Notes under the pieces: model-generated
The model's input: only the letters and a program-made list of their open reading frames with translations
Told to the model about the DNA's origin: nothing
Database searches by the model: none
Shown here: piece after piece, positions 1 through 11,633 of the stretch
Numbering within the stretch: the stretch's first letter is position 1
How the letters are laid out: each line of letters begins with the position of its first letter
From: Eledone cirrhosa
Taxonomy: Eukaryota
NCBI GenBank assembly: GCA_964016885.1
Contig: OZ024742.1
Location: 275,590,001 to 275,654,000, forward strand
DNA length: 64,000 nt
Direction: 5' to 3'
Program-made: the position numbers and the translations under genes

Positions 1-634
1 ACCCGTAGCACCAATAATGATGGGTATGAAGCTAAAGGTGTATCTTGGATACTGGATTTGTAAACTCCTCATCAATGGTCCGTAGATGTCCTCCTTCTCC
101 TGTATTTTTCTGACAACGTTTACATCATGTGGGCAGCTGATCTCCACAACAGAACACGTTTTCAATGTGTGGTCCCAAACTACAATATCAGGCCGGTTGT
201 GCTTTAATTTGGTGGCAGTTTTTATTTTCAGGTTCCACCAGTATTCCTTAGTGCCATCTGTCTCAATATATTCTTCCTCGTTTGTTGTTAATTTTGTTTT
301 CCGAAGTGCGTTCCAGATGGTTCTAGCTATCCCATCGTGTCTCATGGGGAGGTAGTAGCGAGATGACATTCTTTCGCAGCTGGCAACAATGTGGCTTACA
401 TCCTCGATCTTTGTTTTACATAGCCTACATTTATTGTCAGCTGCTGGCCCTCCTCTTTTGTGCAGCAGATATTTGGTAGGGAGTTCTTGTTCCTGTATTG
501 CATAGAGATATCTCTCAAGGTGTGATGTCATAAACTTGTCGGAACTCCATGCCAGGCTTTTTGAGTGGTTTATCCCCTCTATGGTCTGTGTTTTACGCCT
601 CAAGTATCCATGCACAACTTTTTCTGTAAATTGG
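1..634 (-). mobile_element. 5'-truncated RLE-type non-LTR retrotransposon (R4/Dong-like), C-terminal part; continues past window start
   Basis: Manual minus-strand translation gives LYAIQEQELPTKY, a CCHC knuckle CRLCKTKIEDVSHIVASC, RHDGIA and an RLE motif HNRPDIVVWD...VEISCP...PIIIGATG. The 5' side abuts (TATG)n. Confidence 0.85.
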
Positions 635-1576
635 TATGTATGTATGTATGTATGTATGTATGTATGTATGTATGTATATATATATGTTTATGTATATAAT
701 TTTAATTTTTAATTTTTAATTTTTAATTCTTACATTATTATTTTTCTAATGACACCCTCTAAAGATATTTTTTAGATGTAGTTTGATAATCATTAACTGA
801 CACCAGAAATATTTATCCTCTTCACGACAGTTTCTTAGATAAGCACATTACGTATCTCCTCTTTTGATTTTCAAACATTCACCCATCTTTCGACTAAAAT
901 AATTAATCTCATACTAAATAATATATAATTTCCTAAATCACTCTTCAAATTTATCGATTAACAAACAAAATTGAAGTTATCTTTCCTTTCTCAATCGTGT
1001 AAATTTACTATATATGTAACCTCATTAAATCAATATTATGAAAACATTTTCAATGCTGAACAAAATATTCAAATTTTCTCATCTCATAACTTGAAATTAT
1101 TTATTTACATAAAACACAAAATCAACTCCCTCGTAAACAACTAATAATTGTAAATTTTTCTATATCTTTTAAATTTTCTATATCCCTTTAATACTAATAC
1201 ATATGCAATTATTAATATATACATATAACCGACTACAAAATTGTAATAAGGTAAATACTTACGAACAAAATTCTCCATATATGTATATACATAATATAGG
1301 TAAATATTCAAATTTCTTTCCCCAAATTAAAATAATTTTAAGGTCTTCTTTTCTTTTTTCCTTTTCTTTCTTTCCTACTAATACAAACACATATCTAAAT
1401 TCTCCATAGCGTCTAAAATAACGTTTTTTTAAACATATACTTCAACCTCATTTACATATTCATATTCATTTGCATACTCATCTTATCAATTTTGATAAAT
1501 CTGTCTCTATCCAAGGAAAACTTCAACCGATAAGGGATGATCCTTGGCTATGTCAAAATTTATAAAACACACTTTG

Positions 1577-1638
1577 TATTTTATCTGATGAAAGCGTACA
1601 AAGGTTTTTGGTACCCTTGAAATATATATAATAGAATA
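1577..1638 (+). ncRNA. Minimal type I hammerhead ribozyme in an AT-rich PLE tail remnant (~690-1780)
   Basis: Stem I TATTTTAT/ATAGAATA; core CTGATGA; stem II AAGCGTAC..GTACCCTT; then GAAA, palindromic TATATA, TA cleavage site. Confidence 0.75.
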
Positions 1639-1779
1639 AAAATGGTTTTATATATATAGTTTTCATTTGTTTAATATCATTGAATATTATACTCCAGAAA
1701 AACTGTCGAGTGCTCTGAATCAGTTATAAACATTTATATTTGTTGAATTACCAACAAATTGAATATCACTTCTGCTCAT

Positions 1780-1790
1780 CATATATATAT

Positions 1791-1859
<69 letters not shown>

Positions 1860-2172
1860 TATATATATCATATATATATATAAATATATCATATATATAT
1901 ATATCATATACATATATATATACATATATATATATATCATATATATATATATGTAAATATATATCCTATATATATATATATCCTATATATATGTACATAT
2001 ATATATACATATATATATATCATATATATGCATATATCGTATATGTGTATATATATATAATATATATATCATATATATATATATCATATATATATATAAC
2101 ATATATATATAATTATCATATCTATATATATCATATATATATCATATATATATATATATCATATATATATAT

Positions 2173-2205
<33 letters not shown>

Positions 2206-2226
2206 CATATATATATAATTATCATA

Positions 2227-2286
<60 letters not shown>
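1780..2286. repeat. (TA)n-rich microsatellite
   Basis: Seen directly. Confidence 0.95.
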
Positions 2287-2290
<4 letters not shown>

Positions 2291-2437
2291 ACATTAACAG
2301 AGAAAGCCTTAAGCTTTACTCTGACTGGCTACCATCTCACTCAACAAACATTAGGATATACCTTAGTATAATCCCAATTATATGTTTGGGGTGCTAACTA
2401 TATGTATTTTGTGGAAAGCCAGTTGTATTATTTTATA

Positions 2438-3423
2438 CTAGAAGTAAAGCCCGGCGTTGCTCGGGGTCGCTCAGTAGCTGTGTTAAAGTTACAATGTTAA
2501 GTTTCTTTCTTGGCTTAAAAACTGTAGTGTCTACTGTGCAGACTTGCAAATGGTGTTTTTGATTAATATTCCCTCAACCAACAATATGCCTTATGAAGTT
2601 AAGAAAACATAACGATAACCCGAATGTTATAACAAAAGAGGATGCTGGGGATAGAAACTGCACTGGTTATTTATTAACAAAGATCGAAAATGTAAACACT
2701 GCAACGCAGAGAAAAACATTAGCGTAACCAAATTATCAGTTATGTCTGTCTGCACGCCTATATCACCTCTCTGCACGACTGTCTGTCTGCACGCCTATAT
2801 CACCTCTCTGCACGACTGTCTGTCTGCACGCCTATATCACCTCTCTGCACGACTGTCTGTCTGCACGCCTATATCACCTCTCTGCACGACTGTCTGTCTG
2901 CACGCGTATATCACCTCTCTGCACGACTGTCTGTCTGCACAACTGTCTGTCTGCACGCCTAACGACGAAATATTTGCTTGTTTTACGTAGTCTTTAAATA
3001 GACTTGTTTTCAAGTAAAAATATTGTTTTAAAATGCTTTTAAATGGAAATGAAGCAAAACGGAAGCTTAGTGTTCGAACTGATGAATTTTGCAGGTCAAT
3101 ATTTTGCTGGCTCGACAACTGTTCGTGTATTGTGTTAATGTCATTTTAAACGCTGAGAAAGCCAGCGTAATTTTTTACGTAAGACGCTCAATGTAAACAG
3201 AACAAAGGGAAATAACTGATAACTTACGCTCAAAAATCGATACATTATATTTGATTTCGTCACATAGGGTGGGTCAATTTGAAATATTTTTTTTTCCGAT
3301 GTCTTCGCTAGGGCTCAATGTACAAGTATAGCAATTTCGGTGCAATTCCGTCAGAGATTCTAAGAGGAGATGTGTGCCAAAAATCGATAGACAGACAGAC
3401 AACCACAGTTTTATATATATAGA
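2438..3423 (-). mobile_element. Non-autonomous Helitron
   Basis: Minus strand starts TCTATATATATAAAACTG followed by (TCTG)n and ends with hairpin CCCGAGCAACGCCGGG then CTAG. It sits between A and T with no TSD (empty site at 4165/4166). Its 3' ~300 bp matches 4393-4650. Confidence 0.9.
2743..2960. repeat. 37-bp minisatellite inside the Helitron
   Basis: About 5.5 copies of TGTCTGTCTGCACGCCTATATCACCTCTCTGCACGAC. Confidence 0.9.
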
Positions 3424-3459
3424 TGAGATATAATTAAAATTAAAATATATATCTCTCTT

Positions 3460-3581
3460 TCCAAACAATTGTTTCATTATAAGTTTTTTACAAGTTGGGA
3501 GAATGTATCCGGGTTATGTAAAAGCCAACATATTTTTCTGTAAGAACATATGCAGGTGGGCACTTATAAATCATCAGTGGA
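3460..3581 (-). ncRNA. Type I hammerhead ribozyme with long stem II
   Basis: Minus strand: TCCA CTGATGA TTTATAAGT...ACTTATAAT GAAA CAATTG TT TGGA. Confidence 0.8.
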
Positions 3582-4329
3582 TGCCCGTCAAACATTGATA
3601 TAAGAAAAAATTCCTTACCCATGTCATTTTTTGTGTCAGCTAATCATCCCTCCACGCATCATAATGACCGCCAAATTTGAAATTCCAGCAGTCTCAGAAT
3701 GAGGAATTTCACAGCGTCACGAAGCGGAAAAGGGAGGCAATCGCGAAACACAAGAAAGTAAAATAATATACACGTGGGTGAATTAAATTTTTTCAACAAT
3801 TTTAACCCTGCGTGTTAAGAACTCAATTAAATTTAAAAAAAATAAATGTATGCATGTATTAATTATACACGCATATAGATATTTTCTTAGGCTAAAAACA
3901 GAGATATGATACCAAAATAACAATCAATATTTCATAACAATAGTAAATACGGAAAGTACGCTTAAAAGGTATCTTGAAAAATTTTATCTCTGGCCAAATC
4001 AAGAGTAAAATATTCAATACATTAACAGAGAAAGCCTTAAGCTTTACTCTGACTGGCTACCATCTCACTCAACAAACATTAGGATATACCTTAGTATAAT
4101 CCCAATTATATGTTTGGGGTGCTAACTATATGTATTTTGTGGAAAGCCAATTATATTATTTTATATGAGATATAATTAAAATTAAAATATATATCTCTCT
4201 TTCCATATATATATATATATTTAGGTTTGTTGGTTCACCACTGGATAGAATTGGTCATTCCGTATGGTCAATCTTGATGTAATATTATTTACATTAGTCC
4301 TAGTCTAGCCTCCTGTTATTTTATTCATA

Positions 4330-4362
<33 letters not shown>

Positions 4363-4392
4363 TATATATATATATTTCATATATATATATTA

Positions 4393-7300
4393 CTACCAGG
4401 ATAGCCCGGCGTTGCTCGGGGCTGCTCAGTAGTTGTATTAAAGTTACAATGTTAAGTTCCTTTCTTAGTTTAAAAACTGTAGAGTCTACAGTGTAGACTT
4501 TCATGTAGTACTTCTGATTAATATTCCCTCAACCAACAGTATGCCTTATGAAGTTAAGAAAACATAACCATAACTTTAACAAAAATCGAAAATGTAAACA
4601 CTGCAACAATTGTCTCAGAGAAAAACATCAGCGTAACCAAACTATCAGTTATTTTGAAACAAAGAAATTGGATGGACATGAAAAACAAAAGAAAAATGCG
4701 TTATCCGAAGTCGAGAGGGCAGGCAGCATAAAAGAGGTTCGCACCTGAAAAAATGTTGACAATGTAATAGCGTAGATGTTTAAGTATAAACTATGAAGAG
4801 CTCATAACATACCCATGGTGAGTTTGACGGGCAGATTATAGACAGCCACAGCATGCGAAATGGACAGCTGCAGCAAAAGCCATATTCACCAAAAAGAATT
4901 GCTGAAATCAACACAACAGAAATGCTGCTTCCATTGTATATTGAGAATGATGACGAAAGTTTACTTCGATGCACCAGAAATGCTGTTGTTGCGTGTTGCC
5001 TAGGTCGGAATGCATATTGAAACAATGAAAGAAATGACGGGAACAATTTTTGTATGTATGCACCAAGTTGTGTGTGTCTATGTATTAAACGCCTGACTTG
5101 TCAGCGACTGGAGGGCGTCCTTAACAATCGAAACCATCCATTTCAGAGTCCGCTTTGATTTGCGAGCAATGCTGGTCCTTAGAGGCCTAGGTGTCAATAG
5201 AATGCACTGCATCGATGTTGAATACAGGTTTCGTAGACGCTATATATTTAAGGCAGTCGGTGTAACATTGCCGTTTCGAATTTAAAAAAAAAAAAACCTA
5301 TAAAACCTCACGGTATACAATATTCTTTGTTTTTCCGTTTGGAGCAAAAGCAAAGAGGTTGTTCCGGCTGCCAACTCGAGAACATCCAACGTAGAATTGT
5401 CCATGTAAAAAACATGACTCCTCCAGGTGAAGTCCTGCTACAGATAAAGTCTGACCCTGGGACTTGTTGATGGACATAGCAAAGGCAGCACGAAAGGGAA
5501 ATTGGGTTCTTTTAAAAGAATAGGGTGCATCCACTCCTGATGTAGTAAGAGTTACTATAGGTATTAAAACATCTTCTCCTTTTCTACATCCCGACATAAT
5601 CGTAGCATAAATAATGTGCTGTGACATCCTATTGACAACAAGGCGTGTACCATTGCAAAGCTTGGGAGGGGTTATATTCCTGAGAAGTTTAACTGGACAT
5701 CCTTCCTTGAGAGTCAAAATATGTTGAGGTAGACTGGGAATATCCAATGAATTGAGGAATTCAATGGGATAATTGACCGCATCATGTGCATCAACATTGG
5801 TATCAATAGACTTAAAAGTCTTATCATTTCCAGGAAGACTTTCAAGCATTTGGCGATTAATGCCGGAGACAATGACGTTTGTAGGAGCTAATATAGCCCT
5901 CTCACACAGCCATGTGCGATTGCGGTAATTATCTGCCAAGATGGGAAAAACGGCTGCCTTGAGATCTTTGACAGTGTTAACCAGACAGCATATATTGTCG
6001 AGTGCAATGTCTCCATACACATCTGAAAGTACTTTGCCGTCGCCAAGAATGAGAAGGTCTTCAGCAAATTTTTCAGACACAGTATCGCCATGCAGTTGAA
6101 CACGCATGTTAGTGGTCAGACGAAGTGTTGTTACCTGTTGCCACAATGGAGAAGACTTCAGGCAGGCCCGAACTTGATCCGTTCTGGTGCCCTTTGGAAT
6201 AACCGGCAAAGTTTGTTGAAAGTCCCCTGAAAGAGTTACATCCCCATGGTCTCCTGACGGTCTCTAATGTCTTTCAGTGTTCTATCTAAGGCCTCAATAG
6301 CTCCTTTGTGAACCATGGTGCATTCATCCCACACAATCAGTTGGCACCGTCGTAGCAGTTCTGCTCTCGGACTATCCTTGGTGATGTCACAGAGCGGTGT
6401 TTCAGTTGATACCAAGTTAAGCGGAAGCTTAAAGGTAGAGTGTGCTGTCCTGCCGCCAGGAAGTAGTGTTGCTGCAATACCGGATGATGCAACGGCTATT
6501 GCAATAACTTCATTCTGTCTAACTTTGGCAAGAAGAAGTTTAATAACAAAGGTTTTTCCAGTGCCTCCAGGGGCTTCAAGAAAGAAGATACCACCCAATC
6601 GATGAAATACATAGTCGGTGATAGTGTTGTATGCAAATTGCTGATCAGGAAGTAGTTTTGGTTCCATTTCAAACACATATCTAGCTAGAGTATCGACATC
6701 ATAAGATGTTTCTTGGATGATGAGAGTTGGAATTTTATTAGAATCAGTGCGGTCGGTTTGTGGCAAGGTATTCCCACCCATAAGGAAAATCCTGTCCTCT
6801 ATGTCTATAAGCCCTTTATTGTATAAATCATCACTGAAATCTACTTCTATGTCAGGAAGTTGTAGTTGAGCCTGGTGTAGAAAGTCCTCAGACAGTTGGT
6901 TCCGAAACTTCAACCATAATGTGTAGGGATCACAAATGTTACATAAGTGAAGAAGCTTTGCAAAGAGCTCTCGTAGGCTTCCAGCTGAGTGTGATGAAGC
7001 GATCTCCGCCAAGGTTGCATCCCATCGTGAGTCATCTTCAAGCATTCCACGAGCCAAACAGGCATCTCTGTATGTAGACCAAACACGATTACCGTAAGTT
7101 CTGAGATCCTGAAAACTGGTCGGTCCTTTGACCTCATGCAGTAGCATTCGAAGATAGAAGCACTCGTGTTGATTTGGAGGAATCGTATACACTCGCCCCA
7201 AGCAATTAATGAATTTGATCCCGGGAACTCCAATAACTGGTTGGCCAGTCTTTCTGCGACTCCATGTTTTTTTATTCCATGTGTAGTATGATGGCACCTG

Positions 7301-10300
7301 AGAATACAGCAATGATTTTGCGAAGTCATCGTATTCGTACAGTTTGAAAAATCCAGTTAAAGTTGTATCCCTTGGGGTCTGTGCCAATTCAGCAGCATTT
7401 TTGTTGGTATAGTACATCCGTTGACCGTGTTCTAGGTGTACATATAATTTTACAATTGAAGGGTGCCTATCATGTATTGGAAAACCGAAGATTCGCCAAA
7501 AGGCCTCGCTACTACTTATGTAGCGCCCTACTTGGAATTGCGTTACTTCGGCTCTATTGTTTTCGTTGAGTATACCGAACGAAGCAGCGTCAGAACCCTT
7601 ATTAACATACATATGTATTTGATGCACTTGACGGAGCTGCAGAATTCAACATTAATGTGTGCGTTGAAAGTACTGAGCAGGAGTGGGAAATAGGGAATGG
7701 TCCATCGGTTGTCAACCTCGCCATTCTTAACCCTTGCCGTAAAACCTCCCTCTTCACGTCGCCTACGTCTATATAATGGGTAGCCATCATTGCCAGTCAG
7801 AGTATCGCGAATAAATTGACGGGGAAATTTTTTCGTGCATCTTTTATTGCCTGTAACGCATGGTAAATCAGTTCTAAAGCCAGGCCCACATGGAACATGC
7901 ACCATATGTGCCCTAACTTTCATGTACAAGTCCTTGTCAGTGGAAGGATTGGGTAATTCTGCAGAGATGATCCTGTCAATGTTGTTAGGACTAACCTTTG
8001 CTGTCAGCCAAATAAGAATATGAGCATGGGGGAAGCCCCTTTTTTGCCATTCGATTATGTACATGTCACATTGAGCTGGTCCGAAAACCTCACCTATTTT
8101 GATAAGATCCATAAGCTTAAGTAACTTAAGACGCAATACTCTAGCCGCGAGATCATGTCGGCGTGTGGCGTTCTGACCAGGAAGGAGTTCGCCCTCAATT
8201 TCCTTCCAATTGGAGTTACAAGTAAAAGTTATAAATAAGTCTGGCCTGCCGTAATGTCGTACAATGGTCATGGCGTCCTGAGTCCTTTCATGCATATATC
8301 GAGGGCTTCCCGTGAAGGTAGATGGCAGAATGCATACTTTTCCAAGACTCTCAGGATCCGCATCATTGTTCATTCCATTAAGGAGGTGTATGTAACTGTC
8401 ACAACGCAACTTTTTTGATTGAGTTTGATAAAACACAATCTCTCAGATTCCATGTTTGCACACATGTCAGTTGCATACTGGTTGAAAAGGTCATTATAGC
8501 GATGTAGGTGACTAAAACAGTCATCTCGGATCGTGAATCGGAATGCATAGAAGTCCTTGCATGAAACTGTTTTGGTAGAATGAACCTCTGAATTGGTAGA
8601 TTTACATTGTGGAATGCCAAGATGGTATCCGTCCTCTCCATATACAAAAAGCAGCGGGTATTGGAGTGCGTCGTATGATCTGTGTGTTTCACTGATCCGT
8701 TGAAGTCCATGGTCGCGATGCTTGATAACAATGTCGCGTTTGTTGTGCTGATATCCAGCGAGAAGTATTGCAACCTCATTGAAAGAAGGTGAATTATAGC
8801 GGCCTGCATGTTCTCCAGATGGCCGGTTGTCAGCATCAATGATGACATAGTAATTGTCCACAGGAGCTGTTTCTAACGCGTATTTGAAGCTCTGAACGTA
8901 GCTGTTATGAGTATGAAGTATGTCCTGAAGTTCAAAAAGGAGCTCCAGTCTAGTGTCAGAAGCAATTGAGTATTTCCTTGTTGCTTGTGGACAGTCAATT
9001 GAGTTTTGAGTTTTTTTCTTTTGGGAATGCAAATGTATTTCGCCTTGTAGCTTGTTCAAGACAGTTGGGCATGAAGTAGACCTGAAGAAATTGGGGCTTT
9101 TTATTATCTACAGGCTCAAGCGATCCAATAAGATGATAAACCTGACCTTGAACTTTGAATGTGGACATAAATCCACCTTCATTCTCATAACTCGATCCAA
9201 AAGATGTCATTTGGAAGGCACAATTGTAATGTCGAATATCTTGAAGGAAAGCTCTTGAGAGTGAATGGGTGCCTGTAAGAAGAAGCCTCAATGGCTGTGG
9301 TGGATCCCTAGGAGTGTGCAAGTTGACCTTGCCATTAGAGCAGCACATTCTGGCTGGTTCACCCGGCCACTTTTTGGCTTTGCAAAACTGGCAAATTTCA
9401 GACATGCCGCCGATTTGAATATGAGGGTGTGTAGCATAATTATTAACGGGGACATAATTGAAAGCCTTCAATGACCATTGTGATTTCGCAGCCCTCGAAA
9501 TACCCCGCTTATTGGCTTTATACTGACCACCACCCCCCCCCCCCCCCCCCCAGTCGAATAGTTCGGTTAGCTGCTATCTCTGCTTCTCGCGCAGCTGCAG
9601 TAGCTGCCGCGTCTCTGCTCTGACGAAGATCACGTTCAACATCATTCTCTGCAGCTCGCGCAGCTGCCGTAGCAGCCGCGTCTCTGCTCTGACGAAGTTT
9701 ACGTTGGATATCATTCTCTGCAGCTCGCAGCTGCTTTTGCCTTTGCATTTCTTGCAAGCCGAGTTTGACGTTCCTCGTTATTCACTGAGGCATGTGAGGA
9801 CGCAGTTGAAGAAGCATGTCTGGTGTGTCGAAGTAAACACTCGTCATCATTCTCAGTTGCATGTGAAGATACAATGGAAGTAGAATTTCTGGCCCGTCGA
9901 CTCAAGCAATACTCATCGATAGACAGAGCTATCGCATTCACTGAACACCCCACAATTTGAGGCTGTCTAATGTTCGACTACGCCTCAGTCAGCCACCTTC
10001 TTTTCGTTATCTGAGATCGCGTCAGTCCTAATAAGGTATTCTTCTTTTTAGGCATCAAGGTGGTGAGCACGATATGTCAAAGGAATCTGAGAAATGTATC
10101 TTAAATATAAAACAATGCGAAAAAATAAGTTTTGCGAATCATTCAATTTTGCAAATCAATTCGTCTAATGAGAAATGCACCCAAAATCCAAGAAAATGTC
10201 ATAGATGCATTATTTACAAAGTCATCTTTACATGAACATGCAGGGTAACCAATAATGTTGGCACTGCCCTTCTTTAACTTTGTTATAATTCAGTGATAAT

Positions 10301-11633
10301 AGTGATTCAAAGGAAATTTAAACTTTTTACAGAAATCAAAATTGCACATAAGGCATAACACTATATATCAATAAAATCGGTTATGGTAATCAGGAGTTAC
10401 TTGAAGCCGAACATTAAAAACATGGCAGCTTAAAAAGTTGCTCCATTTCTTTTTATGTAAGTTTTTATCAAATTTTGAGTGCATTTCTTAACCGATTATA
10501 ATTTTATTGAAAAAATGGATGCGAAATAGTTACGGCTACGGTAAAAAATGTCTAAGTGTGAAAATCACTTGCATGGAAACTGAGCTAAATCTGATTAAAG
10601 AGCCAGTAAGGGTTTTGAGGTCGCCCTGTATGTCGAGCCCCAATGCACAAAAATGGGGCATGGTGGAAATAATCTGACTTCTTATTTGCATTGAAATTAC
10701 TCAGATTGACTTGAATTTGCTATTTTAGTTTGAGCAAAACTTTTGTGCTGGCCAAGCGTCAATAGTAATTAACTGCATACCTACTTTTGCACCCCCAACC
10801 CCGGTGTATACATGAATCCTAATACAAACAATCCGTCCATATTTCCTTCAAGATAAAAGGAAATTGAAGTAAATTTAGCCTTATAAGATCGCAAAATTAA
10901 TTTAAGTAGAAAGCCTAACCGCCAACGTCATAGCAAAATGAAACAACAATTGAAAACTGAAAATAATCCAAACGTTTAATAGGGAAGGTTTAACTTACCA
11001 AGTAATGAGGTCGGTAACTTTTTAACGCTTTGTAGCATACAAAGGTAGTACAGTGAAAATGAAGCTACTAAACAAATCGAACCAAAAATTAAAATTCAAT
11101 TTGAATGGCATCTATTTATAGCATCTACTTATTCTGATAAGAATCTAAATATCTAATCGTCTGCAAGTGGTGGGAATTTTTTATCGTCTGCTCGTTCCAT
11201 AAAAGGGAAATAACTCGTCTCTAAAGTCTATTTATACATTTGAACTGAAAAATCAATACATTGCAAATTCGATTTTTACACTTGGCGTGGGTCGATTTGA
11301 AAAATCTTTTGACCGATGACTCCGCCGGACCTTCATCTATAAGTGTAGCAATTTCACCGAAATTTGAACATACGGTTTAAGAGATGTGTGCCGAAGGTTT
11401 TAGTAGACAGACAGACAGACAGGCAACCTCAGTTTTATATATATAGATTACAAATTCGATTTTTACACCTGGCGTGGGTCGATTTGAAACATTTTTTGAC
11501 CGATGACTCCGCCTGACCCTCATCTATAAGTGTAGCAATTTCCCCGAAATTTGAACGTACGGTTTAAGAGGAGATGTGTGCCGAAGGCTTTAGTAGACAG
11601 ACAGGCAGACAACCTCAGTTTTAAATATATAGA
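4393..11633 (-). mobile_element. Autonomous-type Helitron (decayed); 5' end at 11447 or 11633
   Basis: RepHel coding region; 3' hairpin followed by GTAG (variant of CTAG) at 4393; 5' TCTATAT..AAAACTGAGG termini with (TCTG)n. Confidence 0.9.
5298..10055 (-). pseudogene. Helitron Rep/PIF1-helicase (RepHel), multiple frameshifts and stops
   Basis: Probable start MPKKKNTLLG; N-terminal QSRDAAATAAA repeats; CQFCKAKKWPGE..CCSNG; Rep motifs DLFITFTCN, EWQKRGFPHAHILIW (HUH) and KYIC/YVNKG; helicase motifs APGGTGKT, DECTM, AMSINKSQGQTL, HGQFYVGCSRV. Confidence 0.95.

Larger units (their letters stand above)
2287..4205 (-). mobile_element. Non-coding HHR-bearing partial-tandem retroelement (742-nt unit plus repeated terminus), interrupted by a Helitron
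   Basis: Direct repeat 2287-2437 + 3424-3463 matches 4015-4205; one internal HHR; flanked by (TA)n; no ORF. Confidence 0.7.
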
